Part shown: piece after piece, positions 27,101-37,500 of the stretch
Numbering within the stretch: position 1 is the first letter of the stretch
Layout: each line of letters starts with the position of its first letter
NCBI GenBank assembly: GCA_040954595.2
Contig: CM082576.2
Coordinates: 1-64,000 of the forward strand
Reading direction: 5' to 3'
Origin: Balanoglossus misakiensis
Lineage: Eukaryota; Animalia; Hemichordata
Length of the DNA: 64,000 bases
Made by a program: the position numbers and the translations under genes
The notes under the pieces: generated by a model
The model's input: only the letters and a program-made list of their open reading frames with translations
Database searches by the model: none
What the model was told of the DNA's origin: nothing

Positions 27101-29992
27101 CTGGGCCAAGTTTCCGGCGACTTCCTGTCGTAACGGCGCAGTGAATCTGGGCAAAGTTGCCGGCGACTTCCTGTCGTAACGGCGCGGTGAATCTGGGCCA
27201 AGTTGCCGGCGATTTCCTGTGGTAACGGCGCGGTGAATCTGGGCTAAGTTGATGGCGACTTCCTGTGAATCCGGGCCAAGTTACCAGCGACTTCCGGTGG
27301 TAACGGCGAGGTGAAACTGGGCCAAGTTGCCGGCGACTTCCTGTCGTAATGGCGCAGTGAATCTGGGCAAAGTTGCCGGCGACTTCCTGTCGTAACGGCG
27401 CGGTGAATCCGGGCCAAGTTGCCGGCGACTTCCGGTGGTAACGGCGCGGTGATTCTGGGCCAAGTTGCCGGTGACTTCCGGTGGTAACGGCGCGGTGAAT
27501 CTGGGCCAAGTTGCCGGCGACTTCCGGTCGTAACGGCGCAAGAATCTGGGCCAAGTTGCCGGAGACTTCCTGTGAATCCAGGCCAAGTTGCGGCGACTTC
27601 CGGTCGTAACGGCACGGTGAATCTGGGCCAAGTTGCCGGCGACTTCCGGTGGTAACGGCGCGGTGAATCTGGGCCAAGTTGCCGGCGACTTCCGGTGGTA
27701 ACGGCGCGGTGAATCTGGGCCAAGTTGCCGGCGACTTCCGGTGGTAACTGCGCGGTGAATCTGGGCCAAGTTGCCGGCGATTTCCTGTGGTAACAGCGCG
27801 GTGAATCTGGGCTAAGTTGATGGCGACTTCCTGTGAATCCGGGCCAAGTTGCCGGCGACTTCCGGTGGTAACGGCGAGGTGAAACTGGGCCAAGTTGCCG
27901 GCGACTTCCTGTCGTAATGGCGCAGTGAATCTGGGCAAAGTTGCGGGCGACTTCCTGTCGTAACGGCGCGGTGAATCCGGGCCAAGTTGCCGGCGACTTC
28001 CGGTGGTAACGGCGTGGTGAATCTGGGCCAAGTTGATGGCGACTTCCTGTGAATCCGGGCCAAGTTGCGGCGACTTCCGGTCGTAACGGCGCGGTGAATC
28101 CGGGCCAAGTTGCCGGCGACTTCCGGTCGTAACGGCGCGGTGAATCTGGGCCAAGTTGATGGCGACTTCCTGTGAATCCGGGCCAAGTTGCGGCGACTTC
28201 CGGTCGTAACGGCGCGGTGAATCCGGGCCAAGTTGCCGGCGACTTCCGGTCGTAACGGCGCGGTGAATCTGGGCCAAGTTGCCGGCGATTTCCTGTGGTA
28301 ACGGCGCGGTGAATCTGGGCTTAGTTGATGGCGACTTCCTGTGAATCCGGGCCAAGTTGCCGGCAACTTCCCGTGGTAACGGCGAGGTGAAACTGGGCCA
28401 AGTTGCCGGCGACTTCCTGTCGTAATGGCGCGGTGAATCTGGGCAAAGTTGCCGGCGACTTCCTGTCGTAACGGCGCGGTGAATCCGGGCCAAGTTCCCG
28501 GCGACTTCCGGTGGTAACGGCGCGGTGATTCTGGGCCAAGTTGCCGGTGACTTCCGGTGGTAACGGCGCGGTGAATCTGGGCCAAGTTGCCGGCGACTTC
28601 TGGTCGTAACGGCGCAAGAATCTGGGCCAAGTTGCCGGAGATTTCCTGTGAATCCGGGCCAAGTTGCGGCGACTTCCGGTCGTAACGGCACGGTGAATCT
28701 GGGCCAAGTTGCCGGCGACTTCCGGTGGTAACGGCGCGGTGAATCTGGGCCAAGTTGCCGGCGACTTCCGGTGGTAACGGCGCGGTGAATCTGGGCCAAG
28801 TTGCGGCGACTTCCGGTGGTAACGGCGCGGTGAATCCGGGCCAAGTTGCCGGCGACTTCCGGTGGTAACGGCGCGGTGAATCTGGGCCAAGTTGATGGCG
28901 ACTTCCTGTGAATATGGGCCAAGTTGCGGCGACTTCCGGTCGTAACGGCGCGGTGAATCCGGGCCAAGTTGCCGGCCACTTCCGGTGGTAACGGCGCGGT
29001 GAATCTGGGCCAAGTTGCCGGCGACTTCCGGTGGTAACGGCGCGGTGAATCTGGGCCAAGTTGCCGGCGACTTCCGGTCATAACGGCGTGAATCTGGGCC
29101 AAGTTGCCGGCGACTTCCGGTGGTAACGGCGTGGTGAATCTGGGCAAAGTTGCCGGCGACTTCCGGTCATAACGGCGCGGTGAATCCGGCCCAAGTTGCC
29201 GGCGACTTCCGGTCGTAATGGCGTGGTGAATCTGGGCCAAGTTGCCAGCGACTTCCTGTCGTAACGGCGCGGTGAATCTGGGCCAAGTTGCCGGCGACTT
29301 CCTGTGGTAACGGCGCGGTGAATCTGGGCCAAGTTGATGGCGACTTCCTGTGGATCCGGGCCAAGTTGCGGCGACTTCCGGTCGTAACAGCGCGGTGAAT
29401 CCGGGCCAAGTTGCCGGTGACTTCCGGTCGTAACGGCGCGGTGAATCCGGGCCAAGTTGCCGGCGACTTCCGGTGGTAACGGCGCGGTGAATCTGGGCCA
29501 AGTTGCGTCGACTTCCGGTCGTAACGGCGCGGTGAATCTGGGCCAAGTTGCCGGCGACTTCCTGTCGTAACGGCGCGGTGAATCTGGGCAAAGTTGCCGG
29601 CGACTTCCTGTCGTAACAGCGCGGTGAATCTGGGCCAACGGTGAATCTGGGCCAAGTTGCCGGCGACTTCCTGTGGTAACGGCGCGGTGAATCTGGGCCA
29701 AGTTGATGGCGACTTCCTGTGAATCCGGGCCAAGTTGCGGCGACTTCCGGTCGTAACGGCGCGGTGAATCCGGGCCAAGTTGCCGGTGACTTCCGGTCGT
29801 AACGGCGCGGTGAATCCGGGCCAAGTTGCCGGCGACTTCCGGTCGGAACGGCGCAGTGAATCCGGGCCAAGTTGCGGCGACTTCCGGTCGTAACAGTGCG
29901 GTGAATCCGGGCCAAGTTGCAGGCGACTTCCGGTCGTAACGGCGTGGTGAATCTGGGCCAAGTTGCCGGAGACTTCCTGTGAATCCGGGCCA
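3139..29992. repeat. ~26.9-kb GC/CpG-rich satellite; 46-bp consensus GGGCCAAGTTGCCGGCGACTTCCGGTGGTAACGGCGCGGTGAATCT with 45-bp and 32-bp variants, roughly 600 monomers, kb-scale higher-order duplications
   Basis: Directly visible tandem periodicity. Matching ORF-track boundaries or translations recur at offsets of 1029, 1475, 768, 1459, 4949 and 5333 bp. Confidence 0.98.
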
Positions 29993-32719
29993 GGAGTTGG
30001 AGGAGTTGGAGGAGGAGTTGGAGGAGTTGGAGGAGGAGTTGGAGGAGTTGGAGGAGGAGTTGGAGGAGTTGGAGGAGGAGTTGGAGGAGTTGGAGAAGTT
30101 GGAGGAGGAGTTGGAGGAGTTGGAGGAGGAGTTGGAGGAGTTGGAGGAAGAGTTGGAGGAGTTGGAGGAGGAGTTGGAGGAGTTGGAGGAGGAGTTGGAG
30201 GAGTTGGAGGAGGAGTTGGAGGAGTTGGAGGAGGAGGAGTTGGAGGAGTTGGAGGAGAGGTTGGAGGAGGAGGAGGAGTTGGAGGAGGAGGAGGAGGAGG
30301 AGTTGGAGAAGGAGGAGGAGTTGGAGGAGTTGGAGGAGGAGTTGGAGGAGGAGTTGGAGGAGGAGGAGGAGTTGGAGAAGGAGGAGGAGGAGGAGGAGTT
30401 GGAGAAGGAGGAGGAGGAGGAGGAGGAGTTGGAGGAGATGGAGGAGGAGTTGGAGGAGTTGGAGGAGGAGTTGGAGGAGTTGGAGGAGGAGTTGGAGGAG
30501 TTGGAGGAGGAGTTGGAGGAGTTGGAGGAGGAGTTGGAGGAGGAGTTGGAGGAGTTGGAGGAGGAGTTGGAGGAGTTGGAGGAGGAGTTGGAAGAGTTGG
30601 AGCAGGAGTTGGAGGAGTTGGAGCAGGAGTTGGAGGAGTTGGAGGAGGAGTTGGAGGAGTTGGAGGAGGAGTTGGAGGAGTTGGAGGAGGAGTTGGAGGA
30701 GTTGGAGGAGGAGTTGGAGGAGTTGGAGGAGGAGGAGGAGGAGTTGGAGGAGGAGTTGGAGGAGGAGGAGGAGGAGGAGTTGGAGGAGGAGTTGGAGGAG
30801 TTGGAGGAGGAGTTGGAGGAGTTGGAGGAGGAGTTGGAGGAGTTGGAGGAGGAGGAGGAGGAGTTGGAGGAGAGGTTGGAGGAGGAGGAGGAGTTGGAGG
30901 AGGAGGAGGAGGAGGAGTTGGAGAAGGAGGAGGAGGAGTTGGAGAAGGAGGAGGAGGAGGAGGAGGAGGAGTTGGAGGAGATGGAGGAGGAGTTGGAGGA
31001 GTTGGAGGAGGAGTTGGAGGAGTTGGAGGAGGAGTTGGAGGAGTTGGAGGAGGAGTTGGAGGAGTTGGAGGAGGAGTTGGAGGAGGAGTTGGAGGAGTTG
31101 GAGGAGGAGTTGGAGGAGTTGGAGGAGGAGTTGGAAGAGTTGGAGCAGGAGTTGGAGGAGTTGGAGGAGGAGTTGGAGGAGTTGGAGGAGGAGTTGGAGG
31201 AGTTGGAGGAGGAGTTGGAGGAGTTGGAGGAGGAGTTGGAGGAGTTGGAGGAGGAGTTGGAGGAGTTGGAGGAGGAGGAGGAGGAGTTGGAGGAGTTGGA
31301 GGAGGAGTTGGAGGAGGAGTTGGAGGAGGAGGAGGAGGAGGAGTTGGAGGAGGAGTTGGAGGAGTTGGAGGAGGAGTTGGAGGAGTTGGAGGAGGAGTTG
31401 GAGGAGTTGGAGGAGGAGGAGGAGGAGGAGTTGGAGGAGAGGTTGGAGGAGGAGGAGGAGTTGGAGGAGGAGGAGGAGGAGGAGGAGTTGGAGAAGGAGT
31501 TGGAGGAGTTGGAGGAGGAGTTGGAGGAGTTGGAGGAGGAGTTGGAGGAGTTGGAGGAGTTGGAGGAGGAGTTGGAGGAGTTGGAGGAGGAGTTGGAGGA
31601 GTTGGAGGAGGAGTTGGAGGAGTTGGAGGAGTTGGAGGAGGAGTTGGAGGAGTTGGAGGAGGAGTTGGGGGAGTTGGAGGAGGAGTTGGAGGAGTTGGAG
31701 GAGGAGTTGGAGGAGTTGGAGGAGATGGAGGAGGAGTTGGAGGAGGAGGAGGAGGAGTTGGAGGAGGAGGAGGAGGAGTTGGAGGAGTTGGAGGAGGAGT
31801 TGGAGGAGGAGTTGGAGGAGTTGGAGGAGGAGTTGGAGGAGTTGGAGGAGGAGGAGGAGGAGTTGGGGAGGAGTTGGAGGAGGAGTTGGAGGAGTTAGAG
31901 GAGGAGTTGGAGGAGTTGGAGGAGGAGTTGGAGGAGTTGGAGGAGGAGTTGGAGGAGTTGGAGGAGGAGTTGGAGGAGTTGGGAGGAGGAGTTGGAGGAG
32001 TTGGAGGAGGAGTTGGAGGAGTTGGAGGGAGGAGTTGGGGGAGTTGGAGGAGGAGTTGTAGGAGTTGGAGCAGGAGTTGGAGGAGTTGGAGGAGGAGTTG
32101 GAGGAGTTGGAGGAGGAGTTGGAGGAGGAGTTGGAGGAGTTGGAGGAGGAGGAGGAGGAGTTGGAGGAGTTGGAGGAGGAGTTGGAGGAGTTGGAGGAGG
32201 AGGAGGAGGAGTTGGGGGAGGAGTTGGAGGAGTTGGAGGAGTTGGAGGAGGAGTTGGAGGAGTTGGAGGAAGAGGAGGAAGAGTTGGAGGAGTTGGAGGA
32301 GGAGTTGGAGGAGGAGGGGGGAGGAGTTGGAGGAGAGGTTGGAGGAGAGGAGGAGTTGGAGGAGGAGGAGGAGGAGTTGGAGAAGGAGTTGGAGGAGTTG
32401 GAGGAGGAGTTGGAGGAGTTGGAGGAGTTGGAGGAGGAGTTGGAGGAGTTGGAGGAGGAGTTGGAGGAATTGGAGGAGGAGTTGGAGGAGGAGTTGGAGG
32501 AGTTGGAGGGAGGAGGAGGAGTTGGAGAAGGAGGAGGAGGAGGAGGAGGAGGAGTTGGAGGAGGAGGAGGAGGAGTTGGAGGAGATGGAGGAGGAGTTGG
32601 AGGAGTTGGAGGAGGAGTTGGAGGAGTTGGAAGGAGGAGGAGGAGTTGGAGAAGGAGGAGGAGGAGGAGTTGGAGAAGGAGGAGGAGGAGGAGGAGGAGG
32701 AGGAGTTGGAGGAGGAGGA
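29993..32719. repeat. 2.7-kb purine-rich simple-sequence tract of GGA and GGAGTT units (9+12-bp alternation giving a 21-bp period)
   Basis: Directly visible. Rare variants GAGATG and GAAGAGTTGGAGCAG recur at 543-bp spacing (30435/30978; 30591/31134). Confidence 0.97.
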
Positions 32720-32720
32720 T

Positions 32721-33516
32721 GGGGCAGGGTTGGGGTCAAGTGTCTGCGGCAACGGCGGGGTGTAACGGGGCAGGGTGGGGTCAAGTGTCTGCGGCAAACG
32801 GCTCGGTGGAACGGGGCAGGGTTGGGGTCAAGTGGTCTGCGGCACCGGCGCGGTGGAACGGGGCAGGGTTGGGGTAAAATGTCTGACACAACGCGGGGTG
32901 TAACTGGGCAGGGTTGGGGTCAAGTGTCTGCGGCAACGGCGGGTTGGAACGGGGCAGGGTAGGGTCAAGTGTCTGCGCCAACGGCGGGTGTAACGGGGCA
33001 GGGTTGGGGTCAAGTTTCTGAGGCAACGGCGGGATGTAACGGGGCAGGGTTGGGGTCAAGTGTCTGCGGCATGGCGGGGTGTAATGGGGCAGGGTTGGGG
33101 GTCAAGTGTCTGCGGCATGGCGGGGTGTAATGGGGCAGGGTTGGGGTCAAGTGTCTGCGGCAACGGCGGGGTGTAACTGGGCAGGGTTGGGGTCAAGTGT
33201 CTGAGGCAACGGCGGGGTGTAACGGGGCAGGGTTGGGGTCAAGTGTCTGCAGCAACGGCAGGGTGGAATGGGGCAGGGTTGGGGTCAAGTGTCTGCCGCA
33301 ATGGCGGGGTGTAACAGGGCAGGGTTGGGGTCAAGTTTCTGCGGCAACGGCGGTGTGGAACGGGGCAGGGTTGGGGTCAAGTGTCTGCGCCATGGCGGGG
33401 TGGAACGGGGCAGGGTTGGGGTCAAGTGTCTGCCGAAACGGCGGGGTGGAATGGGGCAGGGTTGGGGTCAAGTGTCTGCCGCAACGGCAGGGTGGAACGG
33501 GTCAGGGTTGGGGTCA
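32721..33516. repeat. G-rich minisatellite, ~46-bp unit GGGGCAGGGTTGGGGTCAAGTGTCTGCGGCAACGGCGGGGTGTAAC, about 17 copies
   Basis: Directly visible; four runs of 3 or more G per unit. Confidence 0.95.
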
Positions 33517-33522
33517 TAAATG

Positions 33523-34373
33523 CATACATAGAGGACATTTCTGTACACATACATTTCAAATTTATTAATTTTCCTGACCTTCACTATCAGGTTTTGGGAA
33601 TGACAGGTAATTGAAATTGAATTAAAATACAATACGTAAACATATTTTCATCTGTGAACTTTGAACTGGTGAACAAATTGGAGCCCATTATTAAAAAGAG
33701 TTTCCCTGAGCCTGTTTATACCATACCAGCCTAAGTATTAGTTGTTAGGGTAAGGGTTAGGGTAAGGGTTAAGGTTAGGGTTAGAGTTAGAGTTAGGGTT
33801 AGGGTTAGGGTTAGGGTTAGTGTTTGAGTTGGCTGGCTGAAATGGCACAAACAATTTCAGAGATTGAATCAATTTGCTTTGACTGCAAAATTCACTGAAC
33901 AAAGTTTGCTCTGTGCAAACTTGTGATTCTAAGAAACACTGTATCTATGGACATTTAGGCTACAGTTAGATAAGTAATACTGTGTCCTAATCTGAATCCT
34001 TCCTTATCATAACATATAACCAGTGGGCTCAAGGGAACATGTAAGGAAAGTCAATGTCATAATCCCCACTGGATAAATAGATTAAACAGCAACATTCTCT
34101 GTTTTTTTTTATCTTTTAGAGATTAATTTCGTTTGATACAGAATGATGAAGTTAAAAATCATTATTTTTAACACAGAAATCTAATGCAAGTATTCAATGT
34201 ATAGTTGACAACATTCAAAGCTCAAAAAGAGAGATTGTGACACTTTAATAGAAAACTGGACAGAAGACAATCTATAAGTTTTCTCTTCATTCTCATTATA
34301 AACTCCTAAAATGCTGACTGACAATCTATGTCTTCTCTTTATCTGGCATTCAGACTTCATCTGCCAAGATGCA
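33523..34373 (+). repeat. Diverged direct duplicate (copy 1) of the segment at about 40955-42727
   Basis: Collinear shared words: CATACATAGAG, CAGGTTTTGG, GGCTGAAATGGCACAAAC, TATGGACATTTAGGCTACAGTT, TACTGTGTCCTAATCTGAATCCTTC, GAAAACTGGACAGAA, ATTCTCATTATAAACTC. Confidence 0.85.
33745..33820 (+). repeat. Interstitial telomere-like tract, (TTAGGG)n with TAAGGG/TTAGAG/TTAAGG variants, about 12 units
   Basis: TTAGGG TAAGGG TTAGGG TAAGGG TTAAGG TTAGGG TTAGAG TTAGAG (TTAGGG)4 TTAG. Confidence 0.9.
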
Positions 34374-34545
34374 AGTATTTCATTGGGTTACTGGTAGACC
34401 TAGTCCTTGTCCATTTCTACTATCATCATCATTTGGAAAATCACCAGTCTTCACACTTCAGCTAAGAAAGAAACAGAAAAAATAGATTCGCGTTTAATGA
34501 ATGAAGTGGGGACACGTTTTAAAGAATTGATTCATTCAGCTTAAG

Positions 34546-37500
34546 TTAAATTTGGATGTGTTCCAATACTACACGCACTCGTAAAATAATGATTACAAAC
34601 CTTTACATTTTCTTCATTTGAAAACCAGATATGGTCATCTGCCATCATGCAAATAGTTTACGGGGTGAGTGCAAGACCAAGTCCTTGTCCACTTCTAACA
34701 ATGGCAACATTCAGATACACAACATCAGCCTGCACTCTTCGCCATATTCTAACAAAACAACAGAAACAAAAATTATTCATGATCAATAAAAAAGTGGTGA
34801 CATATTTTATAAAATTGATTCAATGAGTTAAGTTTGGATTTGTTCCAACACTATATACACTCATAAAATGTTGACTGCAAACCTGTATGTGTTCATTATT
34901 TGACATCCAAATATCTTCATCTGCCATCATGCAAGTAGTTTATTGGGTGACTGGGAAACCATGTCCTTGTCCACTTCTACCATTGGCAACATTCAGATAC
35001 ACAACATCACCCTGCAGTCTTCGCTATATTCTAACAAAACAACAGAAAAAAAAATTATTCATGATCAATGAACAAAGTGGTGACATATTTTATAAAATTG
35101 ATTCAATGAGTTAAGTTTGGATTTGTTCCAACACTATATACACTCTTAAAATGTTGACTGCAAACCTGTATGTGTTCTTTATTTGACATCCAAATATCTT
35201 CATCTGCCATCATGCAAGTAGTTTATTGGGTGACTGGGAAACCAAGTCCTTGTCCACTTCTACCAATGGCAACATTCAGATACACAACATCAGCCTGCAC
35301 TCTTTGCCATATTCTAACAAAACAACAGAAAAAAAAATTTTCATGATCAATGAACAAAGTGGTGACATATTTTATAAAATTGATTCAATGATTTAAGTTT
35401 GGATTTGTTCCAACACTATATACACTCTTAAAATGTTGATTGCAAACCTGTATGTTTTCTTTATTTGACATCCAAATATCTTCATCTGCCATCATGCAGA
35501 GTTTATTGAGTGAATGCAAGACCAAGTCCTTGTCCACTACTACCAATGGCAACATTCAGATACACAACATCAGCCTGCACTCTTCGCCATATTCTAACAA
35601 AATAACAGAAAAATATTATCCATGATTAATGAACAAATTGGCGAAAGATTGTATAAATTGATTCGATGAGTTAAATTTGGATTTGATCCAATACTATATA
35701 CACTCTTAAAATGTTGACTGCAAACCTGTATGTTTTCTTTATTTGACATCCAAATATCTTCATCTGCCATCATGCAGGATGTTTATTGGCTGACTGCAAG
35801 ACCAAGTCCTTGTCCACTTCTACCGTTGGCACCATTTAGAAATTAAACATCAGTCTTCATGCTTGACCTTGCTTCATCTGTCATCATGCCAGTACTTTAT
35901 TTGCTGACTGGAAGACCATGTCCATGTCCACTCCTACCAATGGCAACATTTTGATACATAACATCAGCCTGCACTCTTCGCCATATTCTAACAAAACAAC
36001 GGAAAAAAAAATATTCATGATCAATGAACAAAGTGGTGACATATTTTATAAAATTGATTCAATGAGTTAAATTTGGATTTGTTCCAACACTATATACACT
36101 CTTAAAATGTTGACTGCAAACCTGTATGTGTTCTTTATTTGACATCCAAATATCTTCATCTGCCATCATGCAAGTAGTTTATTGGGTGACTGGAAGACCA
36201 TGTCCATGTCCGATTCTACCAATGGCAACATTTTGATACATAACATCAGCCTGCACTCTTCGCCATATTCTAACAAAACAACGGAAAAAAAAATTATTCA
36301 TGATCAATGAACAAAGTGGTGACATATTTTATAAAATTGATTCAATGAGTTAAGTTTGGATTTGTTCCAACACTATATACACTCTTAAAATGTTGACTGC
36401 AAACCTGTATGTGTTCTTTATTTGACATCCAAATACCTTCATCTGCCATCATGCAGGATGTTTATTGGCTGACTGCAAGACCAAGTCCTTGTCCAATTCT
36501 ACCGTTGGCACCATTTAGAAATTAAACATCAGTCTTCATGCTTGACCTTGCTTCATTTCCCATCATGGAAGTACTTTATTGGCTGACTGGAAGACCATGT
36601 CCTTGTCCACTTCTACCATTGGCAACATTCAGATACACAACATCACCCTGAACTCTTTGCCATATTCTAACAAAACAACAACAACAAAATTATTCATGAT
36701 CAATGAACAAAGTGGTGACATATTTTATAAAATTGATTCAATGAGTTAAGTTTGGATTTGTTCCAACACTATATACACTCTTAAAATGTTGACTGCAAAC
36801 CTGTATGTGTTCTTTATTTGACACCCAAATATCTTCATCTGCCATCATGCAAGTAGTTTATTGGGTGACTGGAAGACCATGTCCATGTCCACTTCTACCA
36901 ATGGCAACATTCAGATACACAATATCAGCCTGCACTCTTCGCCATATTCTAACAAAACAACAGAAAAAAATATTCATGATCAATGAACAAAGTGGTGACA
37001 TATTTTATAAAATTGATTTAATGAGTTAAGCTTGGATTTGTTCCAACACTATATACACTCTTAAAATGTTGACAGCAAACCTGTATGTGTTCTTTATTTG
37101 ACACCCAAATATCTTCATCTGCCATCATGCAGAGTTTATTGAGTGAAAGCAAGACCAAGTCCTTGTCCACTTCTACCAATGGCAACATTCAGATACATAA
37201 CATCAGCCTGCACTCTTCGCCATAATCTAACAAAAGAACAGAAAAATATTATCCATGATTAATGAACAAATTGGCGAAAGATTGTAAAAATTGATTCGAT
37301 GAGTTAAATTTGGATTTGTTCCAATACTATATACACTCTTAAAATGTTGACTGCAAACCTGTATGTGTTCTTTATTTGACATCCAAATATCTTCATCTGC
37401 CATCATGCAGGATGTTTATTGGCTGACTGCAAGACCAAGTCCTTGTCCACTTCTACCGTTGGCACCATTTAGAAATTAAACATCAGTCTTCATGCTTGAC

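Noticed and set aside
3096-29915. Dozens of long - strand ORFs (up to 1505 aa) of RAVTTGSRRQLGPDSPRRY type
   Set aside because: The 46-bp consensus has no stop in any - strand frame, so ORFs appear in all three frames at once. Starts are TTG, monomer lengths (46/45/32) do not preserve frame, and variant monomers add stops at random. These are satellite by-products.
3139-29992. CRISPR-like array (palindromic repeat with variable intervening bases)
   Set aside because: The intervening parts are near-identical rather than unique spacers, there are no cas genes, and the context is eukaryotic with spliceosomal introns.
29167-32962. Extensin/mucin-like (PPT), Gly/Val-rich and Glu/Leu ORFs as real genes
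   Set aside because: A triplet-based simple repeat is open in several frames on both strands. There is no signal peptide, splice structure or unique domain.
33745-33820. True chromosome end
   Set aside because: Only about 12 partly degenerate units, embedded in a duplicated unit with 30 kb of sequence beyond.
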